64,000 nucleotides of DNA from Octopus vulgaris. Its lineage: Eukaryota. Under the pieces are notes generated by a model that searched no databases, was not told the origin of the DNA, and saw nothing but the letters and a program-made list of their open reading frames with translations. Positions 49,251 to 62,409 of this stretch are shown one piece after another (positions within the stretch are counted from its first letter, which is position 1; every line of letters starts with the position of its first letter). The position numbers were made by a program, and so were the translations under genes. The DNA lies in NCBI GenBank assembly GCA_951406725.2, contig OX597824.1, forward strand, positions 75,826,001 through 75,890,000. Reading direction: 5' to 3'.

Positions 49251-52200
49251 TTCTTGATATATGTGTGTGTGCATAGGTATATATAAATATCATCATTCAA
49301 TGTCCATTTTCCATGCTGGCCTGGGTTGGATGGCATGACAGGAACTGGTAAGGTCAGGGGCTGCACTAGGTTTCATAGTCTGTTTTGGCTTAGTTTCTAT
49401 AGCTGGAGGCCCTCCCAAACACTAACCACTCCATAAAGTGCACTGAGTATTTTTTATGTGGCACAAGCACCCATACCAATCCTTTTACATGGTACCTTCG
49501 TTTTAGGATCTCAATTCTGTTGTGGCATGCGGGTCTTCTTTAGTACAGCAATGTGCCACATATCTCGTTCCTCTGTCATCTCCTTATATATATAAAATGT
49601 ATACATACATATTTTGACATGGTTGTACACTCCATATATATATTTCTTTGTATTCAAAATCATCAAGTTTACTTCCTTTTATATTTTTTAAGACAGCAAA
49701 TTAAAAAAAATGTTAAGGTAACTTTGTATCAGGTCACATACTTTTCACTCACATTCTGGATTCTCAATAATTTAAAATCATTTTTATATTTTCTGTCTGT
49801 CTTTTTTCCAAAATATGTTTAAGAATTTCATAAAAGTAAATATATCTGTTGGATTTTTAAAAAAAATTCAAACTATTTTATAGAAAACTTCTGGTGACGG
49901 AAAAATGGCTTCGTAGGTTATTATTGATTAACTAATTAATTATTTACAGAATTAATTTGAAATAAAACTAGTTTTCTTTAACCCTTCAGATATAAAAGTC
50001 TAAAACTATTTCTGGTTTCATGATAAAATTTCCAGTTTAAATTGATGTAAATTAAAACCTTCCGTCAAAATCTAAGTTTCAAACACCTGTTTAATAAGGA
50101 CAAAATTAATTTGCTAATTTTTTTCATTATTTTAACAATTAATTGAAACAAGTAGTTTGTCAAAAAAAAAATTGGAAATAAATTGAATATATTTTCAAAG
50201 GGAGACTGACGATCCAGGAATTAGTAAGATGAAGAGGTGAACAGCTAAGGGGAGGTAATACGGTTACTTGCTTTTAACTCCTCTCCTTCTTGCATCAAGC
50301 AAAGAGGAAGAGAAAGAATTAAGAGAAACAAGGGAAGTGGGAGAAAGGCAGATAAAAGAGAGAGAGGGAGAATTAGAGCGATAACTTGAAATATAGAAAA
50401 GAAGAAAGAACGAAAGAAAGACACAAAGTGCGACAGAAGAAAAAAAGAGAGGGAGAGAGAGAAAGAAAGGTAACACACACAAAACTAAAGTCTTTCACAA
50501 CGGCATAAAAATTATTCATAATTGTAAACAAAACAGACGCATTTGCACAAACACCTAAAATTCCAATTAAGTAGACATAGACTTAACGAGTTGCTCCACC
50601 GAGCAAGGCATGATTAAGAGATCAAATCTAGGTTAAGACGTTGTTAGATATATTTTTTTTAGGTTTTTCAAAACTGATCGTTGTCTGAAGTTATTATTGT
50701 TCAGTCCTAATTAGAGTTACGATTAGGACCTAAGGATCAAACAACACTTCCTAACCGCGCCCACCACGTTGAGAGTTATATGTCAACTTGAAAGTGGCTT
50801 CCTTTTCAGTTTTACTCCACTTCTCGCTTATTCGTTTTTATAATACCCCAAATCGCAAAATACGATACTAATACCTCGCTTATACTCTTGCAGTAAGAAT
50901 ACTATCATACAGTTAGTAATGTATGATGAATTCCCTCTAAATTATGTAACTAATTAAAAAAAAAAAACCCCAGATAATTGCAATAATATGTATGTACGTC
51001 ATTTTTTTTTTTGGTGGTCTACTTACGCACAATCTTTTGGCGCCCACCCCGCCTTTCTTGTTCCTTCCTCGTTTCTTTTTGCCTCCTCGGATAGCTATGC
51101 TGACATATAATCGTGCTATGGGTATCACTAATTGTGATTAACCAGCACAACAATTCACTTGATAACGCTGCCGACATCGAAAACAGGAAAGTTTTATATA
51201 GATATATTATATATATAATATGTGTGTGTGTGTATGTAGCGTACGTAAATGGACATACCCTATTTCATTATTGTTGCATTAATTAATTGAGTATGAGGGA
51301 CAAGTGCGAACCAGACAAAAAAAAAAACTTTAGGAAAAAGATGTAATATAAATAATACTATGAAATAAGTTTTAGTAATCAAATGGAACTAGAATGAAAA
51401 CAATAGCTAACTATTACTAATTAAAACAGAACCACCCTCTCTGTAGCTTAACCTGCGTAGAAAACAACAGCCAAATTTACCTCAAATGACTTCACCTAAG
51501 TTTTAAATAGGGGAAGAACACAGTAAAATGTTATTCTGAGTACACAAATGCCTTAAGAAGATAGAATAAAAAAAGGAACAGGAAATTCGTGGCTGAAACG
51601 TTTATGATTTATATTATAGTTAACTTGCAGTTTACCAAACAACTGCAGTAGTAATAAATATTTATTTATATCCTTTAGTATATACTCATCCATTATGTGT
51701 AAGCATATTTATTTTCAAACCGTTTGTGTGACGCACGTTATCTCAAAATCAACACATAAATATTTATGTATGTATATATATATATATTTTTATTTATGAA
51801 TAAGCACCCCTCTTCCGAGATACTAAAGAAACTCGCTTTCATAATTGGCGTTACTCTTGTACTTTGGTAACCTTCCTGTAACTTTAAATCGATAATCGGT
51901 TTTTGTTATCCTCCTTAAGCCTTTGCTTCTCTTGTCTCTCCTCGTCTATGTATGTATGACCTTGTGCATGTGCCCCTAATTTTGTTGTCTACATCTTAAA
52001 AATAAACCCCACCCCCCGAAAGAAAAACACCCATAACTTATTCTATCCTCACGAAAACAAATCCACCGTTGTTGTTAAACTGATAATTATACACATATTT
52101 GTGTGTGTGGTGTGTATACATATATATATATATATAGATAAATATGTATAATAAAAATAAAGTAATTTGTCAATTTCCTTCGCATTCTCTTTGTACATTT

Positions 52201-53539
52201 CAAAGCAACTTATTGCTTACTGTACATCTGGTGCTTTCCTAGTTTATACATTTCCTTTTTCTTCTTAAATTCAACACACGCATTTATATATATATATATA
52301 CACACAAAGTAGATTCTATATATATATAAGCAATGTAGATTACATATATATATATAGGCAATGTACATTACACACACACACATATATATATATATATATG
52401 TATATATGTAGGCAATGTAAATTATCAGCCATTCCATCCCTCCATTAAAAAACGCAAACACACTTTTAGGTATATGTAAAATATCCGTTATAACATTTCA
52501 TTCATAGTATTGTGCATGTGTTATACATACATACATATATATATATGTATATATTATAAGGAATGAAGTGTGTTTGGAGACTTCATTTTACTTTTGCGTT
52601 CCAATTTTTTTGTGTGATATTTTGTCATGCCTCTCTTTTTAGAGCCATTAAAGTCTGTAATTCAGAACACTAATCCAACGCTATAAAGATCTAAAATTGC
52701 ATTTAGCTTCTTTTCAACTATTTCCACTTCGCCCTACATTCCTTATTTGTTTTTATTTACTATTAAAATTAGGGTTAGGGTTTAAGTTTCAAGTTTCCAC
52801 TGAATACGGGGCTTGCAGTAAGAGCGAATGTGTGCCATTTGGTTTCGATTCCTTGATTGAGAAAAATCCAAAATACCACCACTTCAATAAACGGCATCGA
52901 GTATTTCTTTGAAGAAGAAAAAAAATAATGCATGAACATCACTTAATCCCAACTTCAGTAATTTGTGTAAAATTCGCTGCCTTTGAAGAAGAAATTTGTA
53001 CGATTATTCATTATCTGTCATCATTTACATCCTCGTGATGTAGACGTGGTCAGCAAATCTCTTTCAAAGACGCCCTTTTCGTTTCTGATGCCGGCGCCTT
53101 CTGTTTAGAAATTAAAAACAATAAAATATTAAAAAAAGTTCAATATATATACATGTATATAAACTTTGTACAATGTATATACACACACGTGTGTACGTAT
53201 ATATATTTTTACTTACACTTTATGAACAAACAATAAGCAACTGACACATTTAAACACACAAAACACTTTTCGCTCCTGCTTATAACATATGTACATATAA
53301 AAAAACAAAACATTTCTAGGCACACATATATACATGAAAAGAGAAAAACAAAAAAGGTGTGTGTGTGTGTTGTATGTATATGTTTGTATACATGTGAATA
53401 TATACACGTGGGTATGTGCATTCATATATGTGTTTATATGTGTGTATATATATACGAGTAATGGTTGCGTTCCTGGTTCGAATCTGGCCGAAGTCAACTT
53501 TTAACTTTTCATCCTTTTGGCGTCGATATAATCGAACAC

Positions 53540-53624
53540 ATTTTTTCGAAAATTTATGGCACACACACATATATATATGCCATATATATATGTGTGCCAT
53601 ATATATATATATATATGTGTATAC

Positions 53625-53709
<85 letters not shown>

Positions 53710-53832
53710 ATATATATATGTATGTGTGTGCCATATATATATATATGTGTGTGTGTGCCATATATATATATATATATGTGTGCCATATATATATATATAT
53801 ATATATATGTGTGCCATATATATATATATATA
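53540..53832. repeat. Compound (TA)n(TG)nCCA microsatellite immediately upstream of the exon acceptor
   Basis: Repeated atatat-gtgtg-cc units. Confidence 0.85.
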
Positions 53833-53901
53833 AATACTGTGTGTGCTTGTGTAATCTATTCTTCTCTTTCTCTATAGATTTTATAATCCAACAAGAAGAA
53901 G

Positions 53902-56900
53902 ATGGATCATGATGACGGCGATCTTGGTGGTAAACCTATGCCGTCGTTATCGTCCGAAGATAGTTATTCCACCACCAAAGAGGCCATTAGTAACAACAAC
54001 AACGATGATGATGACAATGTTATCATAAATACAGAGGCCACGAAAACAAACGATAACAACAACAGTGGCCCCGGGGTGATAACAGCAGCAGCAAGTAATG
54101 ACGACGAAGACGAAGACGATGAACCAGTGGCACCGAAGCGACGGAGAAGCGAACCTGTAAATTCCAGAGACAGCATGATTAGTAATAATACTAATAAAAC
54201 GACAGATTGTTATGATGACATGTCAACATCATCATCAGCAGCTTGTAGGGAGAGTGTCGAAACTGGTGCAATGACCACCGATTCTGTTGATAATAATACT
54301 GACGACGACAGCAACAATAATCATCTGTTAACTAGTTCGATCTCGACTGTAAGCATTACCGATAATAATAAACACTTTCATAATAACCAACAACAACAAC
54401 AACAACGAGGTCGCAGTAGTATGGAAGATGAAGAAGAAAATGATGTTATTTCTGATGATAATAACAATAACAATAATAATAATAATAATAATGATGATGA
54501 TGGTGATGATAACAACAACATCAATAATGGTATGTCGACCGGCGGTGTAAGAACTTCTTATGATGAGACGACAATGTCGAGAAAAGTGAGCGATGGTGGT
54601 TGTGTTGGTGGTGGTGGTGGTGATGAAAGCAATGCCGATAGTGAAAATAACTTCTCTCGTGTGTCGATCGCCGCCGCCGCTGCCGTAACGACATCACGAC
54701 AACCACAAGAAACACAAGGTGCTGCCGCCGTTGCAGCCTCTGCCACCGCCGCCGCCACCACCATAAACAACATCGACGGCGATGACACCACCACCACCAC
54801 TACTACAACCATCACTCATAACACTTCCTCTTCCCGTGCCTCAACCTTCTCCTCTTCTTCTTCCTCCTCCTCCTCCGCTTCCGCCGATTCCCCCCCTCAT
54901 GTCGTCGCTACCAACGCCGACACCGCTCTAGCTGCCACTTCCTCTTCCCCTTCCACCACCTCGTCTTCGGCGATCGTCGCCGCCACCGCTATCATCAACA
55001 ACAACGCGGTCGCTGCATCTTCCTCTCACTCTCACTCCGCTAACCATTCCCCTCCGACTTCTCTCCCTTCTCCTTCCTCTCTTACCGCCGTCAACAGCAT
55101 CAACAACAACGCAGTCACTGCTGACTCTTCCCCTTCCGCTTCCTCCTCCTCCTCCGCTTCTGCCCCCGTCCACACCATCACCAACAAAAATAACGCAGTC
55201 GCTGCTTCTTCCTCTGCCTTTTCCTCTTCCTCTTCCTCCACTCTTGCCGCTACCACCGCCAGTATTACCTCCGCCGCTCCCACCACTACCGACTCTGCCT
55301 CCTCATCCCTTTCCTCGCTCACCACTGACACCACCGTCACACACTCCGACTCCGCTGGCGTCGCCACCTCCGTCATCGGCAGCAGCATAATAAGCGCCAT
55401 CACTGTCGACACGGCTGCCTCTTCCCTTGCCTCTGCCTCCTCCTCCTCTTCTTCTTCTTCTTCCACTTCTGTCGCCGCCGTCGTCGACGACAACACCGCT
55501 ACCACTGCCACCACCAGCACTATCAACAGCGACGCCACTCCTACCCGCAACATCTCCGCCTCCTCCTCCTCCTGCGTTACCGTTGCTGCTGCTGCTGTTT
55601 CCGCTGACGGATCGGCGATAGTAAAGTCGGCGGGATTAACTTGTAGTGCAAAGGACAATACCGCCTCGAACGGTGGTGGTAGTTGTAGTCACCTTAACAA
55701 CAACAACAACACTAGTACTACTACTGCTACTACTACTAGTAGTAGTAGTAATAGTTCTACTATTACTACTACTACTACTGCTACTACTACTATTATTAGA
55801 AGCCGTACCTCATCTACTTCTTGTTCTTCGTCTTCTTCTATGGCGGACGGTGATGGTGGAGTCGAAGGAGGAGGTGCGAACCTGGCAACGGGTGCCGCCG
55901 TCGCTTCATCATCGTCGTCGTCATCGTCATCATCATCAACAACAACAACAACATCATCTTCCACTGCCAGTAGTACAGATATGCAACAACAGCAACTGCA
56001 GCAGCAGCAGCATCAACAACAACAACAGCAAAACACGGTGGACAAACAACAACAACAACAACAAAAAGCAGTGGCAGCGGCCGTAGCGACAACGACATCC
56101 TCCACCACCGCCGCCGCCACCATCATCGTGACAGGAGGTGGTTGCAGTGCTTCTGTGCTGGCGGCCGACACTACGACTACGCCAGGCGTCGTCGTCGTGG
56201 GAGGAGCGGGCGCAGTAGTTGTTGCTGACCTGACAGCAAGGGGCTCGCCGTCGCCGCCGCCGTCGTTGACACCACCGGCACAATCACCACCACCACAACA
56301 ACAACAGCAACAACCACAACCACAAAAACAAGCGGCATTGTCGTCGTCGTCGTCGTCGACGTTCACAGCGTCCACAAGTTCGCTCCTGTCGGCGACGTCA
56401 GCGACGTCGCAATTATCAGCATCATCATCATCATCGTCACCATCATCATTACTACCACCACCACCACCACCACCAGCAGCATCATCATTGTCGTCGCCGA
56501 CGTTGACAATGACACTTGCGGCCAAACCGACGGACGATGGGGGTGAAAGTGCAGGATCAAGTACCAGTAGGCACCACCCCCATCAATCCCAACAACCACA
56601 GGATCAAAACTCTACCACGACGACGACGACCACCACCACCGCCACTACCACCGCCGCTGTCAGCACCATCACCCCCACCACCACCACAACTACTACATCT
56701 AGTACTACCACCACCACCACCACTACTACTAGCAGTGCTATAACCACTAATATTAACAACAACAACAATCAGAGCCTAACTCAACAACAACAACAACAAC
56801 AAGCGGCTGGCATGGCATGTACCATGTGTGGGTCAGGATTCAAAGAACAAGCCCCCAAACTTTTACCTTGTCTACATCAACTTTGTGATATGTGCTTGAA

Positions 56901-56920
56901 GAATGTCAAGTCGGACTCTG
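53902..56920 (+). CDS. First coding exon of a RING-finger (TRIM/RBCC, TIF1/TRIM33-like) E3 ligase with a very long low-complexity N-terminus; gene continues downstream
   Basis: 3-kb stop-free frame. Acceptor ttcttctctttctctatag| at 53877, in-frame TAA at 53884 upstream of the ATG, donor G|GTGAGT at 56921 (phase 1). C-terminal CTMC-x13-CLH-x2-CDMC with the PKLLPCLH motif typical of TRIM RINGs; NLS-like PKRRR. Confidence 0.85.
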
Positions 56921-56956
56921 GTGAGTGTTTTTTTCTTCTCTGCAAGCAAATCACAC

Positions 56957-57009
<53 letters not shown>

Positions 57010-58805
57010 AAATTTCTGTCTCCCTTTCTGAAGCAGTGCAAGGTAGGTAGGTGAGTGAAAGGTTATTAACCTCATCTATAAAATTTTCTTTTAATTTTTC
57101 AGCTCTTAACCCTCATTATATATGTGTGTATATATATATATATATTGTACCCCGTCTTGAAATTTGTCTCTTTCATTCTTTCTCTATCTCGCATATATAT
57201 ATAGATAGATAGATAGATACATGCATACATACACACACACTTCCTTGCACCCCCGTGTTTCTTGCTCTGTCTTATATAGACTGTCCCTCACCATCGCCCT
57301 CTCTCTCTCTTATAGTCTGTCTCTCCCTCTTCACTTTCCCCTTTTTGTTATGTCTGTCTTGTCTCCTTCACTGTTCACTACATGCTGCATGTCTCTTCGC
57401 CTCTCTGTAACCTTTCTCTTATCACTCTTCTCTTTCCCTGTCGCTCACTCTTATCTCCCTCTCTCTCTCTTTTTACCTTCTCTACCCTCCACGCTTCCTA
57501 TCATTCTTTCCCCCTCTCCGTCATCTCCTCCCTTCTCTCTCTGGTCATTCAATGGTAGTTGTTTGGTATTTTATATATATATTTTGGATGTAGTGAGGTG
57601 TGATTAATGGTGAATGTGGTAGTACCTAGCTTACTTAGCTTGTTATTGTGCTCATTGAATAATGGCGATGTTCTGTGGATGGGAATGATGAATCCGATGT
57701 GGGTTTTCGGCTAGTATATGGCGGTTAAATGTAATAAGGTGGGCATGCTGTATGTAAGTGTGGTGTGATGATTGCAATGGCGATTGTGTGTGTGTGTGTG
57801 GGGTTTCATATATAGTGATGATGGTTGATGGTGGTTTGGTTTTGCTGGCCCGAGTGAGTAGTGATAATGCAGTTTTGAGTCCTCTGCGTTCGACGGGGAG
57901 AGGGCGGGTTCGCATGTGGTGATATGCAGTTGTGGATATGCTGGCATTGTCTGGTTTGCCTGTTTGATAAGCTCCGTTAGCGGTGTGTGTGTGTGCGGGG
58001 GTTTGGTGAGGTGGTCGATGATGGCTTTTTGAGGTGTGGTTTAGATTTTTTTTTTGAATAGAGTGGTGTGTGGTTAGATAGATAGATTGGCTTTGCTTGT
58101 ATATACATCATGAAGAGGGGGAAAAAAAAAAGTAGGTCTCGTCTCGTGTCACTACCATACATATGTATGTACATGTATAAATGAATACATGTATAAAATA
58201 ATGCGAGGTGTCTTTTTTCCGTAAACATGTTCATCCTTCACCCCTTTCAAACAAACATGTTTTTATAAAAACACAGTGAACTACTACATACACAGTAAAA
58301 AAAAAAAAATAATACCTCAGCCCTCTCTCATCTCCTATGAAACTTCACAGATGCTGACTGACTAGTAGATAAGATGATGTACACCTTTTCAATAACTGTA
58401 ATTGCTGCTTTACTTTGCAATTATTTATTTCAATTCTTTTATCTTTCTAGCTGTGTTTGCAGGTAGACCATAGTTCAGTTATCATCATCATCATCATCAT
58501 TATTTTAGACGCAAACACCTCAAAGAACGTCTCGGTGTTCAGTCAGTACATAAGATGCATGCGTGTCTGGAATTCAAATGTTTGAGAGAGAATGTGGTTT
58601 TTTATAACGGTCACACAGGTAGTGAGTGAGACCTTCCGTCATTGGACGTGAAAAACAATTGCATAGTTATGTGTACATATATATACTTACAAACACACAC
58701 ATACACGTGTGTGTGTATATATATGTGTATGTTTGTATGTCTGCTATGTGGATGTGCTGAAATGCATGTTATTTTATGCTTATCTGTATATATGCTATGT
58801 GAATG

Positions 58806-58842
<37 letters not shown>

Positions 58843-59256
58843 CAGTCTGTCTGTGTGTGTCTCTATAAATGGCACAGGCCATTTTCCCCAAACGAAATTG
58901 CTAGCAGTTAGAATAAATATTTTTTCCATTATTTCGAATTTCAGAGCAATCATTCAAATGTTTTTTTTGTCTTGTTTTATAACCGTTATTTAAAAAAAAA
59001 AAAGTACAATTTGGCGTGTATATATAATTTTGTTACTTGTTTTGCAGAAATTCTAATATTAGGACTTTTTATCATTTTAGGATGTTTTATTTACTATTTT
59101 CAGTGTATGAAGAAACAGATTTATTTAAACAGTTTTCGAAAAATTTCGAAAATATTAACTTAATAATTATTATTGTTTGTTTTGTAATGTCAAGTTCTAT
59201 TTTTCTTCTTCTCTTGGTGCAAATAAAAGAAATGAATATTGGCTTTACAAGGTCGA

Positions 59257-59400
59257 TGGCTGGGTGGCAGAATCGGTAGAGCGTCTGATGTCACGTTTTT
59301 GACATCATAGTCAGTTACGTCCCTTTGCAAACCGAGTTCGATTCCCGCCGGTATCCGAACATTTCTCTATCATTCTTCCAGGGATTTTGCTATAACGATC
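59257..59400 (+). mobile_element. Old tRNA-derived SINE head
   Basis: gtggcagaatcggtagagcg (A box) and gagttcgattccc (B box), too far apart and unpaired for a tRNA cloverleaf. Confidence 0.5.
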
Positions 59401-61119
59401 ATGTATGCACCGTCATCTTAATGAGAACAGATTATTGTTCTTTACAATTTCAGTGAGATATCCATGTTTAATATTGACGGTACACATAGACACACAAATT
59501 CAAGACGTCGGCGTCTTTCGTGTTTTCACGCAAAGTTATAGGTTCTCTTGTAAATAGTTGGAGACAGGCTACAAGAATAACAGCAAACAAATTATTTAGA
59601 TCAACCAGAAGGCCTTTTCGTGTCGTTCGATCTGCTAGAGAGCGCAGCTAACAACTCGACCCTTTCCTTCCGAAATTCCTCTACACCCCCCCCCCCCCCA
59701 AACATCAAAACAAAAAAAGACTGAAGAACATTAAATAATGTACTCCTTGTTATAGTGTCTAATTAAAAAACGGGATGGTAGCTGCAATGGTTCTTAAGGT
59801 TTGATAGATCAGTGCAATGGTCATTGCTGGAACGTCTTTGATATTGCTGAATTGCTGAGCCTGTTTGATCGTGCTTGATCTGGGGTTAAGTATCATCTTC
59901 GAAGCAGAGAAGACAAAATAGTTTCTAAATGATCCCCGATATCCACCTAACACACATCAAAAAAGAAGGTCAAAATCAATTTACTGACATTTTGTAATGG
60001 ATGATGTGGTCTCAGCCTTCGTGATTTCGCCCCCTCTTGCTCCTAAAATTCCACTTTTGCAAACAACATTGACTGACAAGACACCTAATCTAGGTGATGT
60101 CTGCCTGTCTGTCTATCTCATCTATCTATCTATCTATCTATCTACACCCCCCCACCTCTCGTTAAGATTAAAAAATGTCTTTTCATATGAAACTATTTTT
60201 GCGTTCGTGTTCCTAAATTTCCTATTAAGTCTTCAAACAAGTTTTGTTTTTCATAATATTTTGTTATTCATTGTTCCTTTGAAATCTTTGCCAAAAAAGT
60301 CTATATAAATATGTTTGTATATATATATATAGAGAGAGGTAAAATATATGCGTGTACGTGTTCTGAGGTGTGTTTATATGAATCTAGTCTCTCTTAAGAA
60401 TGATCTATTTAGCAAATTCGAAATATATGTGCATATGGATGTATATATATATTTATTGATGTGTGTATATCTATGTATAATAATTATAGATATGCATATA
60501 TTTATGGAGATATTTATGTATATATAAATACATTCATAAGCATATATATTGCATGTAATGGGTATATAGTTTTCTTTTTTTGTTATGCTGTTTGAAAATT
60601 TCCTCTTCACATGAAGCATTCTAGCCACCCCGCTGTCTGACGGGTGTCCCTCCCTCCCTCTCTCTCTATTTTGGAACATGGCTGTCCATGTCGTCGCCAT
60701 AAATGAATGCATACCGATGCAGAGAGGCAGGCGAGTCCTTGATGATGGCACATGTTTCTGCTGGCTGGCAGGCTGACTGACTGACTGGCTGGCTGGCTAT
60801 CTCGGTTCTTAGGCTGGTCTGCCTGTCCAACATCAGCTGTGTATTTGTACATACACACACATACACAGTCTCTCTGATTGTATTATAAGCACTACACACA
60901 TTTACACACCCTCACACGTATACACAAAATGTTCATCTTTTACTTAGCAAATTATAAATATAAATCTATACATACATGCATACACTTATTAACATCGCTG
61001 CCTGCGTGTGTATGTATAGCCATCCTGAAGACAGACATTGAAATTTATTGAGATTCTTACTTAGCCTTAGAATACCACAAAAATTTGACACCTTTACATG
61101 CACATATGTAATAGGTACG

Positions 61120-62340
61120 TACGCAAGAAGGTGAGTCATTCATTATCCCCAATGCACTTAAAGTTGTGTTCCCTATTAGCGGGAAAAGTGGTTGCGCGCG
61201 CATCACTATTTGTGGTTTCCCCTCTTGTCATTATTGTGCAGGTTTGAACTTGAAACGTCAGTAATGTTGTTGTAGTTAATACGTTCACCATTGCCACTTC
61301 TTTTTCTTTTCTTCTTTCTCAAAGAAGAGTAGCTTTCTGTGACCCATTTTCTGTGGGCTTAATGTGTATTAGTAACTGAAATCGATCGAGGGATTTTGGC
61401 ACGATATGAGAATGGTGTTTTGTCATAACGGGTTCTACAAATGGATTGAAAATTCCAAAAGTGGTCGCTCAAGTGTCACGGATCAGAAAAAGGAGCTGGA
61501 TGCATGGCTGTATCTTGTACTGATGACAACACTGAATGAGGCCGTGACCTGATTCTGTTGAATGGATACCTGACTTTTGATTGGTGGTGTATTTTGTTAT
61601 ATGCAAATTAACCTTGGTTCTACCATGAAATTGTTCACAACATTGAACTTGACATTGATATTGTTTGTGCATGATGGATCCTCGGAACAACAAACGAAAT
61701 TGCACAAACAAAAATCATTTGAAATCTACCAAGGGCTTTTGGATTTCTTTTTTGGGGAAAAAAATCGTCACTTAGGATTTAACTTCGATACCTTATTACC
61801 AGCCGAAGTATGAAAATCGATGCAGATAGTATTTTTGGATTAGCGAAGACCAATACTGAAGCATTCATCAGGAGAGAAAGCTCAGCTGTAAACCATGCTC
61901 ATGATAGCAAGATGTTACATGACAAGCTCTGTCTTGCATTTCGAAGTAAAACATGCAGAAGTTCTCTTGAAAGACATTGTGTTGTTTACAACATAATGCT
62001 CGTTCTTATACGACTGTTATTCTGAAACTGAAATTTGAAGCACTGGAAGATCGTCGACATACTTCTGACCTCTCATTGTCACCTGTTTGATTGCATCGGT
62101 GAAAGAAACCTTAAGAGACAACAGATTTGCGACGGGCCAAGAAGTGAAAGAAGGGGTGCATAAATGTGGCTCATGCCCCAAACTGGAAACATTATTTTTC
62201 TTTGAAGGTTTAAAGCTTTAACAAAGTTGGAACAAACGGGGACTGTATTGAAAAATTACGGATACATAATACTTTTTTTGATTTCTATGTGCTTACACAT
62301 TCTTATATAAAAACGTGTCTACAATGTATCTAATGCGCAA
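61120..62340 (+). mobile_element. Highly degenerate mariner-family transposon (intronic)
   Basis: Fragments EE*LSVTHFLWA, QHNARSYT, LKFEALED, KETLRDNRFATGQEVKEGVHK, GDCIEK match the mariner transposase layout. Confidence 0.7.
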
Positions 62341-62374
62341 GTGCCCATGTTGGAAATCTAATGTATAACAGGAG

Positions 62375-62409
<35 letters not shown>

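Noticed and set aside
52768-52785. TTAGGGTTAGGG telomeric repeat
   Set aside because: Only two units; expected by chance.
55032-56743. Long antisense and alternative-frame ORFs inside the TRIM exon
   Set aside because: By-products of trinucleotide repeats in the main frame.
56921-57054. ORF tail ECFFLLCKQITHIYTYIY... as completion of the RING
   Set aside because: Follows a canonical GTGAGT donor and runs through (TA)n; it is intron read-through.
59257-59355. Possible tRNA gene
   Set aside because: A/B boxes are present but there is no acceptor or anticodon stem; it is a SINE head.
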